A stretch of DNA of 64,000 nt from an uncultured Sterolibacterium sp. GTDB taxonomy: Bacteria; Pseudomonadota; Gammaproteobacteria; Burkholderiales; Rhodocyclaceae. The DNA lies in assembly GCA_964500605.1 (NCBI GenBank), contig CAZCOS010000004.1:10654-74653 (forward strand), given 5' to 3'. How positions within the stretch are numbered: position 1 is the first letter of the stretch; every line of letters begins with the position of its first letter. The notes beneath the pieces were generated by a model that had not been told where the DNA came from, ran no database searches, and saw only the letters and a program-made list of their open reading frames with translations. Below are positions 54,501 through 61,699 of the stretch, piece by piece. Made by a program: the position numbers and the translations under genes.

Positions 54501-57500
54501 GTTCAACGGCGACGACCCGACGAACATCAAATCCGGTTCGGCTCGCAGTACGCTGGCTTACGCCATCACGCTTTCGGATGGCAATAACGACCAGGGCGGC
54601 GGTAAAGATGCCGGTGGCCCCGCGCCGCTGACCACCAGCAAAACAGGCACCATCACACTGAGTGCCGTCAACGACCCGCCGGTCGCCACCAACAACAGCA
54701 ATAGCGTGACGGAAGACGCCAGCACACCGGCCGGCGGGAACGTGATAACAGACAACAATGGCAGCGGACTGGATAGCGATCCGGACACCTTAACAGCCGA
54801 CCTGAAAATCACGGCCATCCAACCCGCAAGTGCTGGCAGCAGCACGGGCGTACCGAGCGGCGCAGGTGGAGTGACGGTGACGGGCAAATACGGCAGTCTG
54901 CTCATCAAGGAAGACGGCAGCTACACCTACACCCTGGACGACAGCAACTCTGACGTTAACGCGCTGAAAAATGGCGACACGCTGAACGATGAGGTCTTCA
55001 CCTACACACTTTCCGATGGCGCAGCCACGGACACCGCCACGCTGACGATCACCATCAACGGCCACACCGATGGTGCGCCCAGCATCGCCCCTGTTGACGG
55101 CAATGCAGCGGCAACGGGAGAGGCCACAGTCTATGAAAAGGGGCTCACTTCTGCGGGTGACACGACCGAAACCACGACGGGCAGCATCACCGTCAAGGCT
55201 CCGGATGGCCTGAAGGAAATCACCATCGGCGGAACCACCTTCACCCTGGCTCAATTGCAGAGCTTCAGCACAGGCACTCCTTCGGCCGCCATCAATACCG
55301 GTGAAGGCGAGATTCGCATTACCGGCATCACAGGCGACCCGCTCAGCGGCAGCGGTGCAGCGGTCAGCTACAGCTATACGCTGACCTCGGCTCAAAGCCA
55401 GCCCGGCGGTGCAGCCGCGACTGAATCGACCGACTCAATTGCACTGGTCGTCAAGGACATCAAGGATGCCACCAGCAGCGGAACACTCACCATCCAGATC
55501 ATTGATGATGTACCACTGGCTTCGGCGGATACTGGCAACGTCAAGGCCACCGAGACACTGACTGTTTCTGCAGCCAATGGCGTACTGAAAAACGACGCTC
55601 CCGGCGCAGATGGATGGGCAGTGGGCGGTGGCGTCGTCGGGATCGTCAAGGGAAGCGGTGGAACCCCCACAACCGGCATCAATACCGACATTGCCGGAGA
55701 CTACGGCACATTGAAAATCCAGGCGGATGGCAGCTACACCTATATCGCCAATCCGGCTGGGCCCGGTGCTCCTCCCACCACAACGGATATCTTCACTTAT
55801 ACGGTGCGGGATGTAGATGGTGACGAAACCACGGCCAATCTGACCATCACCATCCAGAATAATCAACCGCCGGTTGCCAATGACGACACCCGTACCACGC
55901 CCGAAGACACGCCGATCTCAGGCAATGTCCTTTCGGGTACCGGCGGCGATGTCGCCGACAGCGACCCCGATGGCGATACGCTGACCGTGACGCAGTTCGT
56001 CATCAATGGCGTCACGACTTCCGTCCCCGCATCCGGTTCGGCCTCCGTCTCCATCCCGGGGTGCGGCACTTTCTCCATCGACAAGACGGGGGCTTATACC
56101 TTTACGCCTCTGGCCGATTGGCATGGCTCGGCTCCTCCCATTACCTATACCGTGGACGATGGCAAGGGGGCTTCTAATTCCACCGATACGGCCATCCTGA
56201 ACATCACGGTCACGCCTGTGCTTGATATCAGCAACGATACGGTAAGCACTCAGGCCAATGCATCGGTCACAACATCCGTTCTGACCAACGATAGTTTCGA
56301 GGGCTCTCCAGTCATCACGGCAACCACTCAGCCTTCCCATGGCAGTGTCACACTTAACTCCGATGGGACGATCACCTATACGCCCAATCACGGATACATC
56401 GGTACGGATTCTTATACCTACACCGTCACCAGCGGGGGCGTAACCGAAACCGCTACCGTCACGATCAATGTGATCAATACACCGCCGGTTGCCAATGACG
56501 ACACCCGTACCACGCCCGAAGACACGCCGATCTCAGGCAATGTCCTTTCGGGTACCGGCGGCGATGTCGCCGACAGCGACCCCGATGGCGATACGCTGAC
56601 CGTGACGCAGTTCGTCATCAATGGCGTCACGACTTCCGTCCCCGCATCCGGTTCGGCCTCCGTCTCCATCCCGGGGTGCGGCACTTTCTCCATCGACAAG
56701 ACGGGGGCTTATACCTTTACGCCTCTGGCCGATTGGCATGGCTCGGCTCCTCCCATTACCTATACCGTGGACGATGGCAAGGGGGCTTCTAATTCCACCG
56801 ATACGGCCATCCTGAACATCACGGTCACGCCTGTGCTTGATATCAGCAACGATACGGTAAGCACTCAGGCCAATGCATCGGTCACAACATCCGTTCTGAC
56901 CAACGATAGTTTCGAGGGCTCTCCAGTCATCACGGCAACCACTCAGCCTTCCCATGGCAGTGTCACACTTAACTCCGATGGGACGATCACCTATACGCCC
57001 AATCACGGATACATCGGTACGGATTCTTATACCTACACCGTCACCAGCGGGGGCGTAACCGAAACCGCTACCGTCACGATCAATGTTTTAGCGCTGCCCG
57101 TCGAACCCCCACCGGTCGACCCGTCTAATCCGAACGGTCCTCACAATCCAGAAAATGTGGATCCAAACCGTGATGCACAGCAGTTGGAGCAGACGGTTGA
57201 GTACGCTTTGCGTTTCGAAACCGGTAATGACAACACGCAAGAGTTCAACCTCTTGCAGAGAAGCCCTGTCGTTCTCAACACCGGGCCTTACTTCGCAAGC
57301 GAACGTTACGATGACGTTCGGCGGATGGATCTACCCTTCCACCCCATTGTGTATGTCAATCACGAAGTCGTCCGGGCCCAGGAAGAACGTGAAGCAACCG
57401 ACTCTCTGGGCAGTAGCGATGCTTCCGCAGTCCAGCCGAATCTCAGCTGGCCCAATAGCCTGGGGCTCGGTCTTGGTGTGGATTACAACCTTTTCGTCAC

Positions 57501-57864
57501 TCACGCAGTGCAGCATTCACAAAGAACGGCGGGCTTCCTGCGTTCAATTGTGGATGGAAGACATAACCGTCTGAATCTGAGCAGTGATGGCTACCTTTCG
57601 GGCCGAGGTCTCTCGCGTAACGCTGAAATTGAACTGGAGAGAATCCTCCATCAGCGGGAACAACAAGACAAAAATGCAGCCGGGGAAAGCGAAACACCTG
57701 CAACATCCGAAACCACTGACAACGCGATGCCGACGCGGAATGAAGTGCCCAACACAAACCGCAAGACTGAACTGCAGCGTCCAGCTGGCGGCGGGGCACC
57801 ATCGTTCAACCAGCAGTTGCGTAACGGCATGGGCCGCCTACCACTGGCACCGCGCAAATCCTGA
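48571..57864 (+). CDS. Giant adhesin C-terminal part (cadherin-like/CSPG, VCBS, Ig-like repeats)
   Basis: Many xNDxP Ca-binding junctions, FTQADIDANKLTYKHNG CSPG repeats, GKYGSLLIKEDGSYTY VCBS-type repeats; in-frame sense sequence extends upstream of the ORF-track start to 48571. Confidence 0.88.
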   Translation, partial: TSGYSAKIDLTATDVSNGGTAAKAINLSVTATNDAPSLSTQAALSVNEGGFAIFSRAQLASSDGALDVDIATGQQVIGQQMVIITSLPSKGTLRYMDGIVATGQVVPVTSLGSLKYTHNGTDLTAVDTDTFNITVSDGGGGQTTGAISISINPSNVAPTITGNPSLIEGQVKAVAPTIHFGDTFDTLSNATIKITALDNGGQGTLFFDTNNDGNVDSGEAITAGRTFTSAEAANLMTHLKYKQDGTEPNLPSGVSKPTYTIEVTDAGGGVGSGAALTATKTITIDVLPNNDDPTLTNIHATSGTALSVNERDSGSPVVLANTMLKITDPDRDPSDTSKTTPAHQLVYTIQTRPTEGEIQLYVGGTAGYGGDGWITLGDGGRFTQKQIDDSHVRYYQTTNVTANTMDGFTFTVRDSAFGYDVWTDPSNPTSGREGGLRDTPTGSIATQHFYINVIADPDTTHDAYEGGPRPATPGYGGSNMSYTFAPGTMTNGNSATTWNEANVGASGGYVITDSMLKYVITRTDSKGTPDTSDDISITVPANETVYTLTSQPTNGIVQRNVSGTWIDVPTNGQFTQDDIDNNRIRFVHDGSENHTATFGYKVSDGTPNNYANSFAINVTPNNDRPTATGSASAQVTEGNHTVRLGTTQLGMNDIDLSQDVSKRVGEGAQDFLWFQVSAQPVDGSSTTRGSLERWNGSAWVAVTPGEWLPSTLLTTTADGNTSGLRYAHDGSEPLAYTGGPKVSFSFTVRDDLADPSNPFATNSSSPALNDGSDQSNQSTAATVTINITPVNDAPQVADKPGEADPTIAATLSGGGALTGVNQILTDVAEGGTATITNAYLTAIDRDNTTVQRQFRITSAPTLGVLQLDGKTLGAGSTFTQADIDANKLTYKHNGDEVGAATTDAIGTYHDKFHFVVNDGVLEDSGDPTSKNAFLITLKPMNDLATVTVPGGTLDVFASGGGTVNITGVSVDDPDLAVIISGSEEDFIRVEVEVLDNSNAAVAGAQLSYTGADPSSGTRVYINGKGSNKLIIQGKKTEVNTALSNLNVAFTTDEDVSTHKIRVTVDDQLYKNDGSRDGTGANGGITASNNTDGSTIDNAHNRAHKDIALRVSNTNDTPTITNGTTYTVNEDASVTLSGFTLSDADSFDKNVTVKVELFSNAGPTTLANASTEGKLTYSGLSNVTAGGNNTNTVTLTGSLANVQAALNQIKFAGAVDYNGTGTGNGTLYLKTTFTDFGHADVLAGNVVTVDNDITIVPVNDAPVLTVPGDQTMSSGTYIDITSGFNVQDTKDTNQGATDYVEVTLAATLGGSGYGTLSIQTPGDATVTGEGTATVTVKGTSAQVKDALNSLRYTPTSANEDKVITITATANDCNPSDSNQGNGKEGTGVDGNNTDIETFTITISGTNDAPVVSVPGAQSVAEDSSANAITGISYADTDDFGGIQKVTVSVSHGKLDFTTKTGLSVTAGAYASGTVTIEGTKANLNAALATLKYTPNGDYHGNDTLTVTADDKGLVGSGGVETDQKTVAITVTPVNDRPVATTDVTLGTITEDTTNPAGTAFNTLAFAYSDATDDQTSHSGNDTKTANTYVAIVGNAATAAQGTWQVSDGSGGWINIPTSGLSTTNALVFEVNREVRFVPATDFNGTPGKLTVRLADGSKTDIPTSTGAADTKNLTQVANGTLGNQTGSWNDANRTIGISVTAINDAPTKTGTAPTVTVAEDATNPAGQTVSTLFSGNFLDAKDTVTGGSSANAFAGVAMTGMATDKGVWEYNSGSGWTAVPSDVADNKAFILAPTDQLRFRPTTADYNGTPSDSLTVRLIDNSSGAVTSGSRPDLSGSNSGDTTQYSDSSNAVVLGALVTPQNDAPAFDHTASNPTATEDGSVGGTTNWVKLLGTGTVSDIDLTTTSTLNNTTFGQGSVTVALTSGITGDTLRLSGLSAGSNGITSITGGSNGASLVVNFTNAATLAEVKTVLESIEYQFNGDDPTNIKSGSARSTLAYAITLSDGNNDQGGGKDAGGPAPLTTSKTGTITLSAVNDPPVATNNSNSVTEDASTPAGGNVITDNNGSGLDSDPDTLTADLKITAIQPASAGSSTGVPSGAGGVTVTGKYGSLLIKEDGSYTYTLDDSNSDVNALKNGDTLNDEVFTYTLSDGAATDTATLTITINGHTDGAPSIAPVDGNAAATGEATVYEKGLTSAGDTTETTTGSITVKAPDGLKEITIGGTTFTLAQLQSFSTGTPSAAINTGEGEIRITGITGDPLSGSGAAVSYSYTLTSAQSQPGGAAATESTDSIALVVKDIKDATSSGTLTIQIIDDVPLASADTGNVKATETLTVSAANGVLKNDAPGADGWAVGGGVVGIVKGSGGTPTTGINTDIAGDYGTLKIQADGSYTYIANPAGPGAPPTTTDIFTYTVRDVDGDETTANLTITIQNNQPPVANDDTRTTPEDTPISGNVLSGTGGDVADSDPDGDTLTVTQFVINGVTTSVPASGSASVSIPGCGTFSIDKTGAYTFTPLADWHGSAPPITYTVDDGKGASNSTDTAILNITVTPVLDISNDTVSTQANASVTTSVLTNDSFEGSPVITATTQPSHGSVTLNSDGTITYTPNHGYIGTDSYTYTVTSGGVTETATVTINVINTPPVANDDTRTTPEDTPISGNVLSGTGGDVADSDPDGDTLTVTQFVINGVTTSVPASGSASVSIPGCGTFSIDKTGAYTFTPLADWHGSAPPITYTVDDGKGASNSTDTAILNITVTPVLDISNDTVSTQANASVTTSVLTNDSFEGSPVITATTQPSHGSVTLNSDGTITYTPNHGYIGTDSYTYTVTSGGVTETATVTINVLALPVEPPPVDPSNPNGPHNPENVDPNRDAQQLEQTVEYALRFETGNDNTQEFNLLQRSPVVLNTGPYFASERYDDVRRMDLPFHPIVYVNHEVVRAQEEREATDSLGSSDASAVQPNLSWPNSLGLGLGVDYNLFVTHAVQHSQRTAGFLRSIVDGRHNRLNLSSDGYLSGRGLSRNAEIELERILHQREQQDKNAAGESETPATSETTDNAMPTRNEVPNTNRKTELQRPAGGGAPSFNQQLRNGMGRLPLAPRKS
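55866..57086 (+). repeat. Tandem duplication, period 615 bp (205 aa), about 606 bp identical
   Basis: 55866-56471 matches 56481-57086; identical peptides and identical shadow ORFs offset by 615. Confidence 0.95.
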
Positions 57865-57915
57865 ACGCTAAACCACATGGGGCACCCATTCAATCTTCCG
57901 TCTTACGAGAATCCT

Positions 57916-59451
57916 ATGAAAAACAATCTCTTTCGCCAAACTCGCTCCTCCATTTTGATTACTGCCTGTTTTGGTGTGCTGCTTTCGGGCTGTTCAGTCA
58001 GTCCGGTACGTTTCGAACCCAAGGAGATCACGGAGCGCGTCGAACAGGATCGGCTTCAGATGTACGCCCATCAGGAGCCCATCAATGGCCCGGTCTCCTT
58101 TCACGAGGCGGCGGCCCGCGCCCTGAAATACAACCTGGACTACAAGCTCAAGCTGATGGAAAGTGCGCTGACCAAGAGCCTGCACGAAACCTCTACTTAC
58201 GAGATGCTGCCCCGTCTGGTGGCGGGTGCGGGCTACGCCTGGCGCAACAACGACTCCGGCGGAACCTCGATCGGGATCGAAGACCGTCTGGTTTCGCTGC
58301 GTCCTTCTACCTCGCAGGAGCGGCAACACGATCTGGCTAATCTGAGTTTTTCCTGGAACGTACTTGATTTCGGGGTTTCCTACTATCGCGCCCAGCAAAA
58401 GGCAGATCAGGTATTGATGGCGGAGGAACGTCGCCGGAAGGTCGTTCAAAACGTCTTGCAGGACGTTCGCAATAGTTATTGGCGTGCTTTGGGAGCACAA
58501 AAACTGATTGGTCGGGTCGACGATCTGCTGCTACGCGTCAATAAAGCACTGGAACATTCCAAGCAAGTCGAACAACAAGGGCTCATGCCCCAACCCGAAG
58601 TTTTGGCTTATCAGCGCGCACTGCTTGACGCCATTAGTCTGCTCACCTTGCGTCGGCAAGATCTGGAACTGGCTCGAAGCGAGCTGACAGCACTTATGTC
58701 CGTTGCACCAGGAACGCCATACACACTCGCAGACGAACAGGAAACCGCCTTGCCTGCCGTCCCCGGAAATCTTGAAGACTTGGAAAAGATGGCACTTGAA
58801 AGACGTCCGGAAATCATGGAGGAGTGGTATCGCAAGCGCGTGACCGAAAACGACATCAAGGCAGCCAAGCTGATGCTCTGGCCCAATCTCAGTTTGGATG
58901 CCGGTCTGCAATACGATTCCAACAAATACAATTACAACAGCAACTGGACCGATATCGGTGTCCGTCTGTCTTGGAACATCCTTAAGCTTACCCAGTATTC
59001 CTCCCTAGAAAAATCCCATGAAAACCAGAACAAGACGGACGATATGCGGCGCATGGCCCTGTCGATGGCCGTACTGACCCAGGTGCGTGTCGGGGTGCAA
59101 CGCTATGGACTGGCACTGTCCGAACTGAAATTCGCAGAGGAAAGCCTACGAGTTGACCAGAAGCTCTATCACTACGCTAAAGCCGCCACCAATACGCAGT
59201 TTGGCTCCGAGCTGGAATTGATCCGTACCGAAGCACGCGCCTTGCTGGCGGAATATCAGCGATATACGTCCTACGGCAATGCCCAGGCCGCTTGGGGCCG
59301 CGTCTATAACTCGGTGGGACTGGATGTGCTCCCCGAAACAGTGAACAGCCACGACGTTAAGGCACTGGCAAAATCAATGGAAGGAACAATGCAGCAATGG
59401 CAAGGGCAGGTCTTCAAATCCGACCGACCCGGTAAAATTGCCGCATTCTGA
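57916..59451 (+). CDS. TolC-family outer membrane lipoprotein
   Basis: Lipobox LLSGC, ARALKYNLD, SWNVLDFGVSY, VRNSYWRA. Confidence 0.88.
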   Translation: MKNNLFRQTRSSILITACFGVLLSGCSVSPVRFEPKEITERVEQDRLQMYAHQEPINGPVSFHEAAARALKYNLDYKLKLMESALTKSLHETSTYEMLPRLVAGAGYAWRNNDSGGTSIGIEDRLVSLRPSTSQERQHDLANLSFSWNVLDFGVSYYRAQQKADQVLMAEERRRKVVQNVLQDVRNSYWRALGAQKLIGRVDDLLLRVNKALEHSKQVEQQGLMPQPEVLAYQRALLDAISLLTLRRQDLELARSELTALMSVAPGTPYTLADEQETALPAVPGNLEDLEKMALERRPEIMEEWYRKRVTENDIKAAKLMLWPNLSLDAGLQYDSNKYNYNSNWTDIGVRLSWNILKLTQYSSLEKSHENQNKTDDMRRMALSMAVLTQVRVGVQRYGLALSELKFAEESLRVDQKLYHYAKAATNTQFGSELELIRTEARALLAEYQRYTSYGNAQAAWGRVYNSVGLDVLPETVNSHDVKALAKSMEGTMQQWQGQVFKSDRPGKIAAF

Positions 59452-59507
59452 AGCCTCACTGCCCTGCGGCAGCTCATAGCAAATGAAACGGGGTAACACT
59501 CACCAAA

Positions 59508-60332
59508 ATGAATTTACGCACCCTCTTTCGCGGTTCTGCCGCTGCACTCCTCCTGCTTTCAACCTTCCCAATCCAGGCACAATCCCCCTTGCCCGTGCCG
59601 CCCCCGGGTGCAAAGCCGCTCCAGCCCGTTGCCCGGGCGACGACAATACCGGCCACACCCGCCGAAGATCCGGATGCGATTCGCGTCCTGCTTTCACCCG
59701 AAATGGAAACGACCCTCGTTTCCCAGATGGTAGGGCGAATTTCGAACCTTCCGGTGCAAATGGGCAGCCGGGTTACAAAAGGCAAGCTCGTCGTCGCCTT
59801 CGACTGCAGTGAATCCAGTGCAAGACTGAATATGGCACGGGCGGAGTATGCCTCCGCCAATGAAACGCTGGATGCCAAGAAACGATTGCGCGGGCTGGGC
59901 GCAGCCGGTGATGTCGAGGTTTCACTCGCTTCGGCAGATGCCGAAAAAGCCCGTGCCACCATTGCCTTGGCGCAAGCCCAGCTCACCCAATGCTCCGCTG
60001 TCGCTCCTTTTTCCGGACATGTAGTAAAGCTGCATGTCAAACCCCATCAAGGCGTCAACATCGGCACCCCTTTGATGGACATCATCAGCGACGGCCCTCT
60101 GAAACTGCGGCTGAATGTGCCTTCGCGCTGGTTGCGCCAGATTTCAGTCGGAACACGTTTTGAGGTTAGCATCAATGAAACGGGACGCACCTATCCGGCA
60201 AAGGTCACGCTAATCAATGCGCGTGTAGATGCCGTCGCCCAGACCATCGAACTCGAAGCCCGCATGGACAAGGTAGAACCCGGTCTTCTGGCCGGCATGA
60301 GCGGAGTCGCCCGCTTCAAGGTGTCGCCTTGA
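59508..60332 (+). CDS. Periplasmic membrane-fusion (adaptor) protein with signal peptide
   Basis: Lipoyl halves (GRISNLPVQMGSRV; APFSGHV), short hairpin, VDAVAQT, LLAGMSG. Confidence 0.85.
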   Translation: MNLRTLFRGSAAALLLLSTFPIQAQSPLPVPPPGAKPLQPVARATTIPATPAEDPDAIRVLLSPEMETTLVSQMVGRISNLPVQMGSRVTKGKLVVAFDCSESSARLNMARAEYASANETLDAKKRLRGLGAAGDVEVSLASADAEKARATIALAQAQLTQCSAVAPFSGHVVKLHVKPHQGVNIGTPLMDIISDGPLKLRLNVPSRWLRQISVGTRFEVSINETGRTYPAKVTLINARVDAVAQTIELEARMDKVEPGLLAGMSGVARFKVSP

Positions 60333-61669
60333 CCCCTGAAGTAGCTCGCGGTTTTGACTCCTTTGCGGCGAACCTTGAAGCTCGTGCTCGCACGGCTGAA
60401 AGTTTGAATGAGCTGGCCTTTTCCATTGCCAACGAAATTCACGCCGCCTTACCATTTCGTCAGGCACTGGTTTTCGACCACCGCCAAAATCTTTTGACGG
60501 TCTCCGGTCTGGTCAATCTGACCGAAGACAGTCCCTACACGCTCTGGTTGAAGCGGGCTTGGCCCTGGGTGCTGGCTCAACTTCCTGAAACCGGGGGCTG
60601 GTTTTCCCCCACGGCCGATGAGCTTTCTACCGCACCCGATGATATTGGCGAGGGATGGCAGGAATGGTGGCCCAATGGTGTGCTGGCCCTTCCCCTGCGG
60701 CGGCGTCAGGGTGAGCTGCTTGGCTGGGCCGTTTATCTACTCGATCAACCACCAGAGGAACCCCAGGCCTTGCTGCTAGCCCGACTGGGCCAAACTTGGT
60801 CCTACTGCTGGGAAGCTCTCGCAGGCAAGCCACGAAGCGGATTGATAGAACGATGGCAAAAACTATCCCGTCGGCAGCGATCCGTCATCGCAATTTCCCT
60901 GATCCTGCTCTTCTTCCTGCCCGTGCGCCAGACTGCTTTGGCACCCGCCGAAGTCGTGGCCGAAGATGCCATGGCAATCACGGCCTCGCTCGATGGTGTG
61001 GTCAAAACCATCCACGTTCGCCCCAATCAGACCGTTCATGCCGGTGATCTCCTTTTTTCGCTGGATGACACCACTTTGCGCAATCGGCTGGAAGTCGCCA
61101 AGAAATCCGTGGCCGTAGCTGATGCTGAGTTGCAGGCCGCTACACAAATGGCCTTCGATGACAACCGGAGCAAATCCGAACTGGCTGCGCTAACAGGCCG
61201 TGCCCAGGAAAAACGGGCGGAACTGGCTGCAGTACAAGAGCAACTCAGCCGGGTGAATGCCCACGCGCCCTATGACGGCATTGCCGTTTTCACGGACCCA
61301 GACACCTGGCAAGGTCGCCCAGTTGTTACCGGCGAGCGCATCATGTTGCTGGCCAATCCCGCCAAGCCCGCCCTGCAGATCCAGCTCCCTGTCTCAGACG
61401 CCATTGCGCTGGAGGTCAATGCACCGGTCAAGCTTTTCCTGACCGTTCGACCGCTTTCTCCGCTCAGTGGGCAAATCACCGAAACCAGTTATCAAGCCAA
61501 CCTGACACCTGAAGGCATCGCCAGCTATCGACTACGCGCCAGTCTGGATGACAAAGAGGCGCGCATCGGTCTGCGTGGAACCGCAAAACTCTACGGGGGA
61601 TGGGTCACGCTGGGCTACTATCTCTTGCGTCGCCCCCTCGCCAAGCTGCGTGAAATCAGCGGTTGGTAG
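60329..61669 (+). CDS. HlyD-type adaptor with N-terminal cytoplasmic GAF-like domain
   Basis: About 180-aa N-domain, TM (VIAISLILLFFLPV), ASLDGVVKTIHVRPNQ lipoyl, coiled coil, RIGLRGTAKL. Confidence 0.8.
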   Translation: MTPEVARGFDSFAANLEARARTAESLNELAFSIANEIHAALPFRQALVFDHRQNLLTVSGLVNLTEDSPYTLWLKRAWPWVLAQLPETGGWFSPTADELSTAPDDIGEGWQEWWPNGVLALPLRRRQGELLGWAVYLLDQPPEEPQALLLARLGQTWSYCWEALAGKPRSGLIERWQKLSRRQRSVIAISLILLFFLPVRQTALAPAEVVAEDAMAITASLDGVVKTIHVRPNQTVHAGDLLFSLDDTTLRNRLEVAKKSVAVADAELQAATQMAFDDNRSKSELAALTGRAQEKRAELAAVQEQLSRVNAHAPYDGIAVFTDPDTWQGRPVVTGERIMLLANPAKPALQIQLPVSDAIALEVNAPVKLFLTVRPLSPLSGQITETSYQANLTPEGIASYRLRASLDDKEARIGLRGTAKLYGGWVTLGYYLLRRPLAKLREISGW

Positions 61670-61699
61670 AAGCGTGCCACATTCGCCCTATTTCTCTGC

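Noticed and set aside
55866-57086. Duplication as an IS or CRISPR element
   Set aside because: It is an in-frame coding repeat. No transposase, integrase, cas gene or spacer array was seen anywhere in the window.
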